This document shows positions 9,802 through 19,486 of a stretch of 41,867 nucleotides of DNA, in pieces. How positions within the stretch are numbered: position 1 is the first letter of the stretch; each line of letters opens with the position of its first letter. The position numbers and the translations under genes were made by a program. The DNA comes from an uncultured Cytophagia bacterium (GTDB lineage Bacteria > Zhuqueibacterota > Zhuqueibacteria > Zhuqueibacterales > Zhuqueibacteraceae), in NCBI GenBank assembly GCA_964395375.1, contig CAYNDW010000001.1, positions 1-41,867 on the forward strand, written 5' to 3'. The notes under the pieces are model-generated. The model worked only from the letters and a program-made list of their open reading frames with translations. It searched no databases and had not been told where the DNA came from.

Positions 9802-10266
9802 TTAGGATACAACTTTTACCGCTGCGCCCAAAATAACGGCCTTCCCACCGGCCTTTTCAATTTTTTCTTTCGCCGACTTGGTAAAACTATGGGCATGCAC
9901 CTCAAATGCTTTTGCAAGCTCGCCAGTTCCTAAAATCTTCACGGGCAGGTTTTTCTTGCGAATGATGCGACTTTGATGAAGTACTTCCAAATTCACCACC
10001 GCCACCCCTTCGAGCTTCGCGAGCTTATCGAGATTCACGATTTGATATTCCACGCGAAAGATGTTATTAAAGCCGCGTTTGGGCAAACGGCGTTGCAGCG
10101 GCATTTGTCCGCCTTCAAAACCCGCCTTCTGGCTCGAACCCGAACGAGAGTACAAACCTTTATGACCGCGCGTAGACGTGCCGCCGTGTCCTGATCCGAT
10201 ACCACGCCCGACACGTTTACGGTTTTTTCGTGAACCCGAAGTGTAGGTGAGATTAGAGAGTTCCAT
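9802..10266 (-). CDS. rplO: 50S ribosomal protein L15
   Basis: ...GRGIGSGHGGTSTRGHKG...GFEGGQMPLQRRLPKRGF... Confidence 0.96.
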   Translation of the reverse strand: MELSNLTYTSGSRKNRKRVGRGIGSGHGGTSTRGHKGLYSRSGSSQKAGFEGGQMPLQRRLPKRGFNNIFRVEYQIVNLDKLAKLEGVAVVNLEVLHQSRIIRKKNLPVKILGTGELAKAFEVHAHSFTKSAKEKIEKAGGKAVILGAAVKVVS

Positions 10267-10321
10267 ATATGCTCAATCGAATAATAGTCTAGCGCAGATT
10301 TAAAACCTGCGCAAGACTGAT

Positions 10322-10507
10322 TCATGCCTCTTCTTCAACCTTGACCAGATGATTTACTTTATTGATCATTCCGCGAATTTGCGGCGTATCATTATGCACG
10401 ACGGTGTGGCGAATACGATGCAAACCCAAAGCTTTGATCGTAAGTTTCTGATCCCATTTCTGGCCAATGATACTTCTCATCTGTGTTACTTTAAGTTTCT
10501 TTGCCAT
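10322..10507 (-). CDS. rpmD: 50S ribosomal protein L30
   Basis: The 61-aa protein [29 protein letters not shown]... lies between rpsE and rplO. Confidence 0.94.
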   Translation of the reverse strand: MAKKLKVTQMRSIIGQKWDQKLTIKALGLHRIRHTVVHNDTPQIRGMINKVNHLVKVEEEA

Positions 10508-10519
10508 GCTCTTTCATCC

Positions 10520-11041
10520 TTACTCGGTCATCGTACGCGAGAAAATATCGCGCGCGGAAAGACCGCGTTGTTGCGCAAGTGAAGCCGCATCCATCAAGCT
10601 GAAGAGCGCCTGCATCGTGGCTTTCACGACATTATGCGGATTAGCCGAGCCGAGTGATTTCGACAAAACATTTTGCACGCCTGCGGCTTCCATAATCGCA
10701 CGCACCGCGCCGCCGGCAATTACACCGGTTCCAGGAGAGGCGGGCCGGAGGTATACTTTACCTGCGCCGTATTTGCCCTTCACCTCATGCGGTAACGTGC
10801 CGTTCTGCACCGGAATGCGTACCAACGCTTTTTTCGCATTTTCCGCGCCCTTCGAAATTGCGTCGGCAACTTCTTTCGCTTTGCCGAGACCGCAACCGAC
10901 ATGGCCCTTGCCATCTCCCACCACAACAATAGCGTTGAAGCCGAAGCGCCGACCGCCCTTTACGACTTTGGCGGTGCGATTGACCGCAACGACGCGTTCT
11001 TTTAGTTCCAATTCACCGGGACTGATTCGTTCTTTCCGCAC
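10520..11041 (-). CDS. rpsE: 30S ribosomal protein S5
   Basis: ...[42 protein letters not shown]... Confidence 0.97.
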   Translation of the reverse strand: MRKERISPGELELKERVVAVNRTAKVVKGGRRFGFNAIVVVGDGKGHVGCGLGKAKEVADAISKGAENAKKALVRIPVQNGTLPHEVKGKYGAGKVYLRPASPGTGVIAGGAVRAIMEAAGVQNVLSKSLGSANPHNVVKATMQALFSLMDAASLAQQRGLSARDIFSRTMTE

Positions 11042-11053
11042 GAGCGCTCTCCA

Positions 11054-11428
11054 TTAAAACTCGAGGCCGCCTTGACGCGCGCCATCTGCTAGCGCCTTTA
11101 CTCGACCGTGATACAAATAACCGCTCCGGTCGAATACAATGCGCTTGATACTCATGGCTTGCGCTTTTTGTGCGAGCGCCTTGCCCACAATTTCGGCTTC
11201 TTGAGTTTTGTTTTCCGCTTTTTTGATTTCGTCTTTTAAATCTTTGCTGACCGTTGAAACCGTCGTCAGCGTTTTTTTGACGGAGTCATCCACCAATTGC
11301 GCATAGATGTTCTTCAGACTGCGGAACACCACCAAGCGCGGACGCACCGAAGTTCCAATAATCTTTCTCTTAATCGCACGTTTCTTGCGAACACGGCGAA
11401 TACGTGGGTCGATTTTTTTGAAGCCCAT
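11054..11428 (-). CDS. rplR: 50S ribosomal protein L18
   Basis: ...RPRLVVFRSLKNIYAQLVDD...FDRSGYLYHGRVKALADGARQGGLEF. Confidence 0.96.
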   Translation of the reverse strand: MGFKKIDPRIRRVRKKRAIKRKIIGTSVRPRLVVFRSLKNIYAQLVDDSVKKTLTTVSTVSKDLKDEIKKAENKTQEAEIVGKALAQKAQAMSIKRIVFDRSGYLYHGRVKALADGARQGGLEF

Positions 11429-11568
11429 AACCTCTTCTTCCCGATTGTTTAGCAGCGACAGTTAATTTTCTCTCTGCTTGTGATGCCACCGACGAACTCA
11501 GCATCCAACCTTTAACTGGCACTGTCCAAAGCCAATGAACCTTTCCCCCAAAAGCTCAACTACCCATA

Positions 11569-12105
11569 CTAGGCAGCGGTTTTGCCAGCCTTCCGGCGAA
11601 CGACTTCATCACTATATTTTATGCCCTTGCCCTTGTAAGGCTCGGGGGCTTTGAACGTTCTGATCTTTGCGGCAACTTGACCGACCAATTCTTTGTCGAT
11701 GCCGCTAATCTTGATGCTATTCGGCGTTTCGCAAGCGATCGCAATCATATCCGGTGGCACAAACACAATCGGATGCCCGTAGCCGAGTTGGAGTACGAGA
11801 CGCTTACTTTTCATTTCCGCCTTGAAGCCGACGCCGACGATTTCCAGTTTTTTCTCGTAGCCCTGCGTTACGCCAATGACCATATTGTTGATCAAGCTAC
11901 GATACAGGCCATGCATCGCTTTGTAGAATTTCGAGTCATCCGGACGCGCAACATTGATCGAAGCATTTTCGACCTTCACAGACATCGCCGGATTGAATTG
12001 ACGCTGCAATTCACCTTTCGGGCCTTTGACCGAGATTGCGGCATCTTTCACTGCGATTTGTACACCGCTCGGAATCGTAATAGGCTTTTTACCGATACGA
12101 GACAC
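11569..12105 (-). CDS. rplF: 50S ribosomal protein L6
   Basis: MSRIGKKPITIPSGVQIAVKD... The start codon is GTG at 12105, preceded by AAGGAA. Confidence 0.96.
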   Translation of the reverse strand: MSRIGKKPITIPSGVQIAVKDAAISVKGPKGELQRQFNPAMSVKVENASINVARPDDSKFYKAMHGLYRSLINNMVIGVTQGYEKKLEIVGVGFKAEMKSKRLVLQLGYGHPIVFVPPDMIAIACETPNSIKISGIDKELVGQVAAKIRTFKAPEPYKGKGIKYSDEVVRRKAGKTAA

Positions 12106-12124
12106 AGATCATTCCTTTTTCAAG

Positions 12125-12156
12125 AATTTAAAATTGAAAATCGTCAATTTTAAATT
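12125..12156 (-). repeat. perfect 13-bp AT-only inverted repeat in the rpsH-rplF spacer
   Basis: AATTTAAAATTGA (12125-12137), a 6-nt loop AAATCG, then TCAATTTTAAATT (12144-12156). One A-T pair and one G-T pair extend the stem. It lies about 20 nt upstream of the rplF SD. Confidence 0.6.
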
Positions 12157-12176
12157 TTCACTTCTTGGCCAATGGC

Positions 12177-12572
12177 CTACCAAACGTAAAACAGCACCTC
12201 ACCACCAGTGTGCAACTTGCGCGCGTCACGATCCGTTACAATGCCGCGCGGGGTTGTGAGTACGGCCATGCCATAATTATTATACACGCGCGGCAACCTT
12301 TTAACGCCGACATACTTGCGCAAACCGGGCATGCTGATGCGACGCAAGCCGCGAATGACGTGCGCGTCGGTGGCATCGTATTTCAAATAAATGCGAATGA
12401 TATTTTGCTTACCGTCTTCTATGATAAGATAATCGCGAATGTATCCATAATAGTGCAAAATCTTGGTGATTTCCACTTTTACGCGCGACGCCGGAATGTC
12501 GACCTTCGGATGCTGCGCGCTGCCAGCATTACGAATACGCGATAAATAATCTGAAATCGGATCGGTTTGCAT
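12177..12572 (-). CDS. rpsH: 30S ribosomal protein S8
   Basis: MQTDPISDYLSRIRNAGSAQH... is canonical S8. Confidence 0.97.
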   Translation of the reverse strand: MQTDPISDYLSRIRNAGSAQHPKVDIPASRVKVEITKILHYYGYIRDYLIIEDGKQNIIRIYLKYDATDAHVIRGLRRISMPGLRKYVGVKRLPRVYNNYGMAVLTTPRGIVTDRDARKLHTGGEVLFYVW

Positions 12573-12595
12573 TTTGATTTCCTACAAATATTCTT

Positions 12596-12781
12596 TTACC
12601 AACTCGCCTTCGTGACGCCCGGGATTTTACCATCGAGCGCCAGATTTCGGAAGCAGATTCGGCACAGGCCGAACCGGCGATAGTAAGCGCGCGGCCGGCC
12701 GCACTGCATACAACGATTATATTGACGCGTGGAAAACTTCGGCGTCTTTTGTTGCTTTTCTCGCATTGCTTTTCTTGCCAC
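12596..12781 (-). CDS. rpsN: 30S ribosomal protein S14, short zinc-binding type Z
   Basis: 61 aa, ...[23 protein letters not shown]... carrying CxxC...CxxC. Confidence 0.95.
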   Translation of the reverse strand: MARKAMREKQQKTPKFSTRQYNRCMQCGRPRAYYRRFGLCRICFRNLALDGKIPGVTKASW

Positions 12782-12790
12782 GGTCTATCC

Positions 12791-13498
12791 CTATCTTTTG
12801 CGGAACGGCATGCCGAACGAGGCCAACAACTCATAAGCCTCTTCATCGCTTTTCGCGGTGGTCACAAAAGTGATATTCATTCCGCGAATTTTTAGAATTT
12901 TATCGTAGTTGATTTCCGGAAAAACGATTTGCTCACGCAAGCTGATCGAATAATTGCCGCGGCCATCAAAGGATTTGTCCGAAAGTCCGCGAAAGTCACG
13001 AATACGCGGAACGGCGATGCTAATGAAGCGGTCAAGAAACTCATACATGCGAAAGCCGCGCAATGTCACCATGCAGCCAATGGCCATTTTTTCGCGCAGT
13101 TTGAAATTCGAGATCGACTTTTTAGCGCGCGTGACTAACGGCTTTTGCCCGGTGATCGTCTGCATGTCCGTGACCGCAGCGTCAAGGAATTTTTGATCAT
13201 CAACTGCGTCGCCGACACCCATGTTCAACACGATCTTCACAAGCCTGGGCACTTGCATAAGATTTTTATACGCGAAGCGTTTCGCCAAAGCAACTGTCGC
13301 CTCTTCGCGATAAATTTTCAATGGACGAGGGATATAATCTTTCGGAACCACCTCGCGCACCGCAGAGGCCTTCTCTTTGGAACCGCTGTCCTTTGCCGCG
13401 CCTTTTTCGACTTTCTTGGGCGCCTTGGTCGCAGCAGGAGCAGCGCTCTTATCCTTCGCTTTGTCTTTCTTTTCTGGCGCTTTGGTTTTCTCAGCCAT
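12791..13498 (-). CDS. rplE: 50S ribosomal protein L5 with a ~55-aa Lys/Ala-rich N-terminal extension
   Basis: The core ...[40 protein letters not shown]...ITGQKP... is canonical L5. It is preceded by [45 protein letters not shown]... Confidence 0.93.
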   Translation of the reverse strand: MAEKTKAPEKKDKAKDKSAAPAATKAPKKVEKGAAKDSGSKEKASAVREVVPKDYIPRPLKIYREEATVALAKRFAYKNLMQVPRLVKIVLNMGVGDAVDDQKFLDAAVTDMQTITGQKPLVTRAKKSISNFKLREKMAIGCMVTLRGFRMYEFLDRFISIAVPRIRDFRGLSDKSFDGRGNYSISLREQIVFPEINYDKILKIRGMNITFVTTAKSDEEAYELLASFGMPFRKR

Positions 13499-13839
13499 TA
13501 TCTGACCTTAGAATCAACAATGATTTCGCCGCTCTTTTTGGCCACTCGCACACGATTGCGCGAGCGCTTATCCGAAGTTGTCAACATCTTGGTGCCGACC
13601 CGCGTAGGCACGCCGAGCTTGGGGTCCAACAGCATCACATTCGAAACGTGAATCGCCGCTTCTTTCTCAATGATCCCACCCTGTTGATTGCGCTGCGACG
13701 GACGTGTGTGCCGCTTAATCAGGTTCACGCCTTCAACAATGATGCGTTGCTTTTCCGGATACACTTTCAGCACGCGGCCTTTTTTGCCGCGATGATTTCC
13801 GGAAATCACTATCACTTGATCGCTTTTACGAATTTTCAT
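13498..13839 (-). CDS. rplX: 50S ribosomal protein L24
   Basis: [26 protein letters not shown]... contains a KOW motif. Confidence 0.96.
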   Translation of the reverse strand: MKIRKSDQVIVISGNHRGKKGRVLKVYPEKQRIIVEGVNLIKRHTRPSQRNQQGGIIEKEAAIHVSNVMLLDPKLGVPTRVGTKMLTTSDKRSRNRVRVAKKSGEIIVDSKVR

Positions 13840-13856
13840 TTAATCCTTCTCCGGCC

Positions 13857-14225
13857 TTAGAGCACTTCAGGAGCCAAAGAGATGATTTTCATATATTGCC
13901 GATCTCGCAACTCGCGCGCGACCGGGCCAAAGATACGCGTGCCTTTGGGTTCTTTGGCATCATTGATTAACACCGCTGCATTCTCATCGAAACGAATGTA
14001 GGAGCCGTCTTTTCGGCGGACTTCGCGCTTCGTTCGTACAATTACAGCGTGACTGATATCGCCTTTTTTAATCGCGCCGCCGGGAATAACGGATTTCACG
14101 GCAACAACAATGACATCGCCGACTGAACCGTAACGTCGACGACTGCCACCCATCACGCGGATACACATGACTTTCTTTGCGCCTGTGTTATCAGCAACAT
14201 TCAATCTTGTATATTCTTGCACCAT
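13857..14225 (-). CDS. rplN: 50S ribosomal protein L14
   Basis: [28 protein letters not shown]... is canonical L14. Confidence 0.97.
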   Translation of the reverse strand: MVQEYTRLNVADNTGAKKVMCIRVMGGSRRRYGSVGDVIVVAVKSVIPGGAIKKGDISHAVIVRTKREVRRKDGSYIRFDENAAVLINDAKEPKGTRIFGPVARELRDRQYMKIISLAPEVL

Positions 14226-14249
14226 AATCGACTCCCATCGCTTTCTGGC

Positions 14250-14549
14250 TTACTTCGCTTTCGTGACGACTTCAACCAAACGCCATCTTTTTCTTTTGCT
14301 CAACGGCCGCGTTTCCATGATTAAAACCGTATCGCCGATTCCGGCTTCATTCTTTTCGTCGTGCGCCATAAATTTGGAAGTCTGCTTGAAATACTTGCCG
14401 TACAACTCGTGGCGCTTCATGCGCTCCACGGCCACGACAATGCTCTTCTGCATTTTGTTGCTGACGACTTTGCCAACTTTAGTTTTACGCCGGCCGCGTG
14501 CTTCTTCCGTGGTATTCGTCGGGGTGGTATTCATTTCATTCACACTCAT
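14250..14549 (-). CDS. rpsQ: 30S ribosomal protein S17
   Basis: ...[30 protein letters not shown]...[18 protein letters not shown]... Confidence 0.95.
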   Translation of the reverse strand: MSVNEMNTTPTNTTEEARGRRKTKVGKVVSNKMQKSIVVAVERMKRHELYGKYFKQTSKFMAHDEKNEAGIGDTVLIMETRPLSKRKRWRLVEVVTKAK

Positions 14550-14761
14550 GCCGCAGTTTCCTTCACGATGCCCAGCCGACCAGTTTCCTGCAATACGGTT
14601 TTGACGCGCGCAATATCACGGCGCACGGCACGCAACCTCAACGGATTATCAAGCTGACGGGTGGTGTGCTGAAAGCGAAAATTTTGAAATTCTTCCTGCA
14701 AATCTTTCAGCTTATGATGCAATTCAACTTCGTTCAGCTCTCTAATTTCTTTAATTCTCAT
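14546..14761 (-). CDS. rpmC: 50S ribosomal protein L29
   Basis: [31 protein letters not shown]... The gene overlaps rpsQ by 4 nt. Confidence 0.95.
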   Translation of the reverse strand: MRIKEIRELNEVELHHKLKDLQEEFQNFRFQHTTRQLDNPLRLRAVRRDIARVKTVLQETGRLGIVKETAA

Positions 14762-14776
14762 CTTCTTTACTCCGCC

Positions 14777-15196
14777 TTAATGCGCAAAGTCGCTCGCGCT
14801 TACAAACTTGGTGCGTATCGGCAGCTTGTGCGCGGCCAAACGCATGGCTTGTTGCGCCACGTCTTTTTCAACACCCGCAATCTCGAACAAAATTCTGCCG
14901 GGCTTCACTACCGCGACCCAGAATTCCGGTGTACCCTTGCCTTTTCCCATACGAGTTTCAGCAGGTTTCTCGGTCACGGGCTTATCTGGAAAAATGCGAA
15001 TCCAAACTTTTCCACCGCGCTTGAGGTGACGAGTCATTGCCACACGGCCAGCCTCGATTTGTCTCGCGGTAATCCATGCGGGTTCAACCGCCTTCAAGCC
15101 AAATTCGCCAAACGCAATATTGCTACCGCGAGTCGCCTTGCCCTTCATACGGCCGCGTTGCTGCTTGCGAAATTTTACTCTCTTTGGCATCATCAT
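14777..15196 (-). CDS. rplP: 50S ribosomal protein L16
   Basis: [24 protein letters not shown]... is canonical L16. The exact Met is uncertain among the first three. Confidence 0.96.
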   Translation of the reverse strand: MMMPKRVKFRKQQRGRMKGKATRGSNIAFGEFGLKAVEPAWITARQIEAGRVAMTRHLKRGGKVWIRIFPDKPVTEKPAETRMGKGKGTPEFWVAVVKPGRILFEIAGVEKDVAQQAMRLAAHKLPIRTKFVSASDFAH

Positions 15197-15221
15197 AAGC
15201 TGACAATCTCCTCAATCGCAC

Positions 15222-15851
15222 TCAAATGATCTCACCGCGGCAAATCCACACCTTGACGCCGATGGCGCCATAGGTAGTTTTCGCAGTCGCACGCGCAAAA
15301 TCAATGTCTGCACGCAGCGTATGCAATGGAATCCGGCCTTCTTTATATTGCTCATTGCGCGCCATTTCAGCGCCGCCGAGACGTCCCGAACATAACACAC
15401 GCACGCCCTCCGCACCCATACGCATGGTTCCAGTAATCGCCTTTTTCATCGCACGACGAAAAGCGATCTTCGCTTCCAATTGATGCGCAATGTTTTCCGC
15501 CACCAAGTACGCATCCAACTCGGGCCGCTTGATCTCGTTGATATTGAGTTGAATGTCTTTCTTGGTGACGCGTTGCAATTCTTCTTTGAGCTTATCAACT
15601 TCCGCGCCTTTGCGACCGATGACGATGCCGGGGCGCGCGGTGTGAATTGTGACCGTGATTCTTTTATCGGAAGGATCGCGTTCGATTTGTATCATAGAGA
15701 CGCCCGCACGTTGCAGGCGGCTGCGCACATAACGGCGCAGGTACAAATCTTCTTTCAATTTGTCTTTAAAATTGCGCCCGCCAAACCAATTCGAATCCCA
15801 ATCACGCACGATGCCGAGACGAAACCCGATGGGGTTAGTTTTCTGACCCAA
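15222..15851 (-). CDS. rpsC: 30S ribosomal protein S3
   Basis: [23 protein letters not shown]... is canonical S3. Confidence 0.97.
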   Translation of the reverse strand: MGQKTNPIGFRLGIVRDWDSNWFGGRNFKDKLKEDLYLRRYVRSRLQRAGVSMIQIERDPSDKRITVTIHTARPGIVIGRKGAEVDKLKEELQRVTKKDIQLNINEIKRPELDAYLVAENIAHQLEAKIAFRRAMKKAITGTMRMGAEGVRVLCSGRLGGAEMARNEQYKEGRIPLHTLRADIDFARATAKTTYGAIGVKVWICRGEII

Positions 15852-15859
15852 ACAACCTC

Positions 15860-16228
15860 CTACTCGTTATCAGCTTCTTCTATACCATCCGAAACCACGA
15901 TCGTCACATGGCAAGAACGTTTGCGAATCCGCGAGGCACGGCCCATGGAACCGGCGCGAAAACGTTTCATCATGGCGCCGCCATCAACAAACGCTTGCGC
16001 AACAAATAAGTCTTCGGGAACGACCTTCTTCCCTTCCTGCTTCTTAATCATATTGGCCACCGCTGAACGCAGGGTCTTTTCCACAGGCAGGGCCGCGCGT
16101 TTGCGCGTAAAATGCAGAACGTTTAAGGCCGATTCGACGTTCTGACCACGCACCAAACTAACCACACGGCGAACCTTGCGTGCCGACATCCGCAAATAAC
16201 GTGCACGAGCACGAGCTTCCATTACCAA
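15860..16228 (-). CDS. rplV: 50S ribosomal protein L22
   Basis: ...[32 protein letters not shown]... Confidence 0.96.
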   Translation of the reverse strand: MVMEARARARYLRMSARKVRRVVSLVRGQNVESALNVLHFTRKRAALPVEKTLRSAVANMIKKQEGKKVVPEDLFVAQAFVDGGAMMKRFRAGSMGRASRIRKRSCHVTIVVSDGIEEADNE

Positions 16229-16236
16229 TAACCTCC

Positions 16237-16536
16237 TTACGCAGCAGGTTTGACTTTAGTCGTTTTCTCTGCGGCTGCCTTGCCGGCATGGCCACGAAAG
16301 ATGCGGGTGGGAGCGAACTCACCCAACTTATGCCCCACCATATTTTCGCTAATAAAAACCGGCACGAACTGTTTGCCGTTGTGAATTGCCAAAGTATGGC
16401 CGACAAATTCCGGAATGATCGTGGAACGACGCGCCCAGGTTTTAACCACGCGCTTCTCGTTCTTTGTGTTCATTCCCTGAATGCGTTCGAGCAGATTCGA
16501 ATCGACAAATGGGCCTTTTTTGACGCTTCGCGGCAT
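16237..16536 (-). CDS. rpsS: 30S ribosomal protein S19
   Basis: [19 protein letters not shown]...[27 protein letters not shown]. Confidence 0.97.
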   Translation of the reverse strand: MPRSVKKGPFVDSNLLERIQGMNTKNEKRVVKTWARRSTIIPEFVGHTLAIHNGKQFVPVFISENMVGHKLGEFAPTRIFRGHAGKAAAEKTTKVKPAA

Positions 16537-16548
16537 TCTGACCTCGTA

Positions 16549-17376
16549 CTATTTATTGCGACGCTTTATGATAAACTTATTTGAAATGTTTTTGCGCTTG
16601 CGCGTCTTCAACCCTTTTGATTTTTGTCCCCACGGCGAACACGGATGACGCCCACCCGAAGTCTTGCCTTCACCACCGCCCATAGGATGATCAACCGGGT
16701 TCATCGCAACACCACGTACATGCGGCCGGCGGCCAAGCCAACGCTTGCGACCGGCCTTGCCGAGCGAAATATTTTCGTGCTCGAGATTGCCGACCTGCCC
16801 TATCGTCGCGCGATTGCCCACCGGCACCATTCGAATTTCGCCGGAAGGCAACTTAAGTTGCGCATACTTTTCATCTCGCGCCACGAATTGAATTTCACTT
16901 CCAGCGCTGCGACCTAATTGTGCGCCATGGCCACGGCGCAATTCAACATTATGAACCGCAATTCCAAGAGGGATTTGACTCAACGGCAATGAATTTCCAA
17001 CGCGAATCTCTACCTCCGGGCCGGAATTTAAAACATCACCGACATTCACTCCCACCGGAGCGACAATGTAGCGCTTTTCCCCATCAGCGTAAAATAGAAG
17101 CGCGATGCGAGCCGAACGATTGGGATCGTATTCAATGGTCGCGACACGCGCGGGGATGCCGTCTTTATCGCGCTTGAAGTCGATTACACGATATCTGCGC
17201 TTGTGCCCTCCGCCGCGATGTCGGCTCGTCAAATTACCCAGGTTATTACGCCCACCCGACTTCTTCAAAGGACGAAGCAAAGATTTTTCCGGCGTACTCT
17301 TGGTAATTTCGTCAAACGTCGGCAGTTCCGTAAACCGCAGGCTCGGCGTTGTGGGCTTGAATGTTCTGAGAGGCAT
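16549..17376 (-). CDS. rplB: 50S ribosomal protein L2
   Basis: [15 protein letters not shown]...[15 protein letters not shown]...[28 protein letters not shown]. Confidence 0.97.
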   Translation of the reverse strand: MPLRTFKPTTPSLRFTELPTFDEITKSTPEKSLLRPLKKSGGRNNLGNLTSRHRGGGHKRRYRVIDFKRDKDGIPARVATIEYDPNRSARIALLFYADGEKRYIVAPVGVNVGDVLNSGPEVEIRVGNSLPLSQIPLGIAVHNVELRRGHGAQLGRSAGSEIQFVARDEKYAQLKLPSGEIRMVPVGNRATIGQVGNLEHENISLGKAGRKRWLGRRPHVRGVAMNPVDHPMGGGEGKTSGGRHPCSPWGQKSKGLKTRKRKNISNKFIIKRRNK

Positions 17377-17418
17377 AAACGCCTTTCCGAAATCTTTTAA
17401 ATTTTATTATGGTCGGGA

Positions 17419-17730
17419 TTAAGAAACAACTCCACCCGCGTAGAAATCAATTTTTTTGTCTTTTTCAATCGTCACAAGCGCCTTTTTGCGATCACTGCGC
17501 TTGCCGAAAGTCATACCGCGGCGAGTATTCATACGCTTGCGCTTGCCCTTCATGTTGACAATATGCACATCAAGCACCTTGACGCCAAATTTTTTCTCAA
17601 CGGCAACTTTAACTTCGTGCTTGTTAGCCTCGGGCAAAACTTCAAAGCCATATTTGTTCAACTTTTCGGTGAGCTTGAGATTTTTTTCCGTCAATAACGG
17701 GCGGCGCAAAATTTCTTCCGGGGTTCTCAT
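17419..17730 (-). CDS. rplW: 50S ribosomal protein L23
   Basis: I place the start at ATG 17730 (MRTPEEILRRPLLTEKN...), which forms an ATGA overlap with the rplD stop. The 20 extra codons in the ORF track would overlap rplD. Confidence 0.93.
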   Translation of the reverse strand: MRTPEEILRRPLLTEKNLKLTEKLNKYGFEVLPEANKHEVKVAVEKKFGVKVLDVHIVNMKGKRKRMNTRRGMTFGKRSDRKKALVTIEKDKKIDFYAGGVVS

Positions 17731-18362
17731 GCTTGCAGCACTCCCGCGATTTTCGCAATCGCACCTTCTTGGATGAACAACTTCTGGCAATCCATCAACT
17801 CGTAGGTCGAGACATTTTCGCCAATTTGCACATGCAACTTGTGAATGTTTTTACTGGCGCGGCACAACATTTCATCTAACTGTGGCACCAAGAAAAGCGA
17901 CTTGGTTTCTTGTGCGCCAAAATTTTTCAGCACCGCCGCCATATCGCGCGTCTTGCCGCTCGCAATCGTAAAGTCTTCAACGACAAAAAGTTTTTGCTCT
18001 TTCAACTTTTCAGACAAAACCGATTTACGCGCCAGCCGGTTGACCTTTTTGTTGACCGCTTGCGTATAATCGCGCGGCGTCGGTCCAAATACGCGCCCAC
18101 CGCCAACCCATAACGGCGAACGAATCGATCCCGCACGCGCAACACCACGGCCTTTTTGCTTCCACGGTTTCTTGCCGCCGCCGCGAACCTCTTTACGTGT
18201 TTTGGTTTTATGCGTACCCTGGCGGCGATTCGCCATTTGCGCTTTTACAACCAAATACACCGCGTGCTCGTTCGGTTCAATGCCGAAGACTTCATCGGGA
18301 AGCTCGATGATTTTTCCAGTTTTCTGTCCGTCTTTTGTATAAATCTCGACTTGCATACTCAA
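17727..18362 (-). CDS. rplD: 50S ribosomal protein L4
   Basis: ...RRQGTHKTKTRKEVRGGGKKPWKQKGRGVARAGSIRSPLWVGGG... Confidence 0.96.
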   Translation of the reverse strand: MSMQVEIYTKDGQKTGKIIELPDEVFGIEPNEHAVYLVVKAQMANRRQGTHKTKTRKEVRGGGKKPWKQKGRGVARAGSIRSPLWVGGGRVFGPTPRDYTQAVNKKVNRLARKSVLSEKLKEQKLFVVEDFTIASGKTRDMAAVLKNFGAQETKSLFLVPQLDEMLCRASKNIHKLHVQIGENVSTYELMDCQKLFIQEGAIAKIAGVLQA

Positions 18363-18363
18363 C

Positions 18364-18984
18364 TCACTTGGAGAGAATCAAAATTCCGTTACGAGCACCT
18401 GGGACACCGCCACCTACCATGACAATATTATTTTCAGCGTCAACCTTCACGATCTTTAGATTGCGCATACTCACGCAGGCATTGCCCATTTGGCCAGCCA
18501 TACGCATACCTTTCCATACGCGCGAAGGATAAGAACTGCCACCCACCGAGCCAGGAGCGCGCATGCGATCACTCTGACCGTGCGTGGTCGAGCCACCACC
18601 AAAATTATGACGCTTCATCACGCCTTGAAAGCCCTTGCCCTTGCTAACGCCAATGACTTTCACTTTATCGCCGGCCTTAAAAATATCCGCTTTCAGCACG
18701 TCGCCGAGCTTTAATTCGCCGATATTTTTAAAAGAACGAAATTCGCGCACATAACGCTGCGGCTTGACGCCGGCTTTGGCAAAATGCCCCGCTTCGGGCT
18801 TATTGACTTGCTTCTGCAGCTTGTCGATAAAACCGAGCTGAATCGCATCATAGCCGTGCTTGCCAGCGGTGCGTATCTCGGTCACATAACACGGGCCGAT
18901 TTCTATTACCGTTACCGGAATGCTATTGCCCCGTTCATCGAAGGTGCGCGTCATTCCGAGTTTTTTACCGATCAATCCACTCAT
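18364..18984 (-). CDS. rplC: 50S ribosomal protein L3
   Basis: MSGLIGKKLGMTRTFDERGNSIPVTVIE...GKGFQGVMKRHNFGGG... Confidence 0.97.
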   Translation of the reverse strand: MSGLIGKKLGMTRTFDERGNSIPVTVIEIGPCYVTEIRTAGKHGYDAIQLGFIDKLQKQVNKPEAGHFAKAGVKPQRYVREFRSFKNIGELKLGDVLKADIFKAGDKVKVIGVSKGKGFQGVMKRHNFGGGSTTHGQSDRMRAPGSVGGSSYPSRVWKGMRMAGQMGNACVSMRNLKIVKVDAENNIVMVGGGVPGARNGILILSK

Positions 18985-19044
18985 ATTGGCCTTAGACAGA
19001 GTAAACCCATCAACTCTTCATTTCTAATGCGGCGTCGTATCGCC

Positions 19045-19353
19045 TCAGACTTTGATTTCAACATCAACACCGGCCGGCAATTCGAGCTTCATCAACGCAT
19101 CCACGGTTTTGGAAGTGGAGTTCAAGATGTCGATGAGGCGTTTATGGATACGCGTCTCGAATTGCTCACGCGATTTCTTATCAACGTGAGGAGAGCGCAG
19201 CACGGTATAGATGGAGCGCTTGGTGGGCAGCGGAATCGGGCCGGAAATCGCCGCGCCCGTTTGCTTGGCCGTGCGAATGATCTTGTCCGTCGACTTATCG
19301 ATCAGGCGATGATCATGGGCTTTAAGCTTGATTCGTATCCTTTGACCGACCAC
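19045..19353 (-). CDS. rpsJ: 30S ribosomal protein S10
   Basis: The core is [41 protein letters not shown]... I place the start at GTG 19353, 10 nt after AGGAG, giving 102 aa. The ORF-track N-terminal 29 codons look spurious. Confidence 0.9.
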   Translation of the reverse strand: MVGQRIRIKLKAHDHRLIDKSTDKIIRTAKQTGAAISGPIPLPTKRSIYTVLRSPHVDKKSREQFETRIHKRLIDILNSTSKTVDALMKLELPAGVDVEIKV

Positions 19354-19420
19354 GAGGATTTTACTCCTAATTGCTGATGAAAAATCTTTGCGCCAAAATC
19401 CCAACAAAACTTTATGCCGA

Positions 19421-19457
19421 CGAAAAGAAGGGCATCGCATTACTACTCTCGATGCCC
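19421..19457 (-). terminator. intrinsic terminator/attenuator between tuf and rpsJ
   Basis: The minus strand reads GGGCATCG, a 12-nt loop, CGATGCCC, then TTCTTTTCG. It begins about 30 nt after the tuf stop. Confidence 0.6.
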
Positions 19458-19486
19458 GTCATTTCACACAATCATGCGTGAATCGC

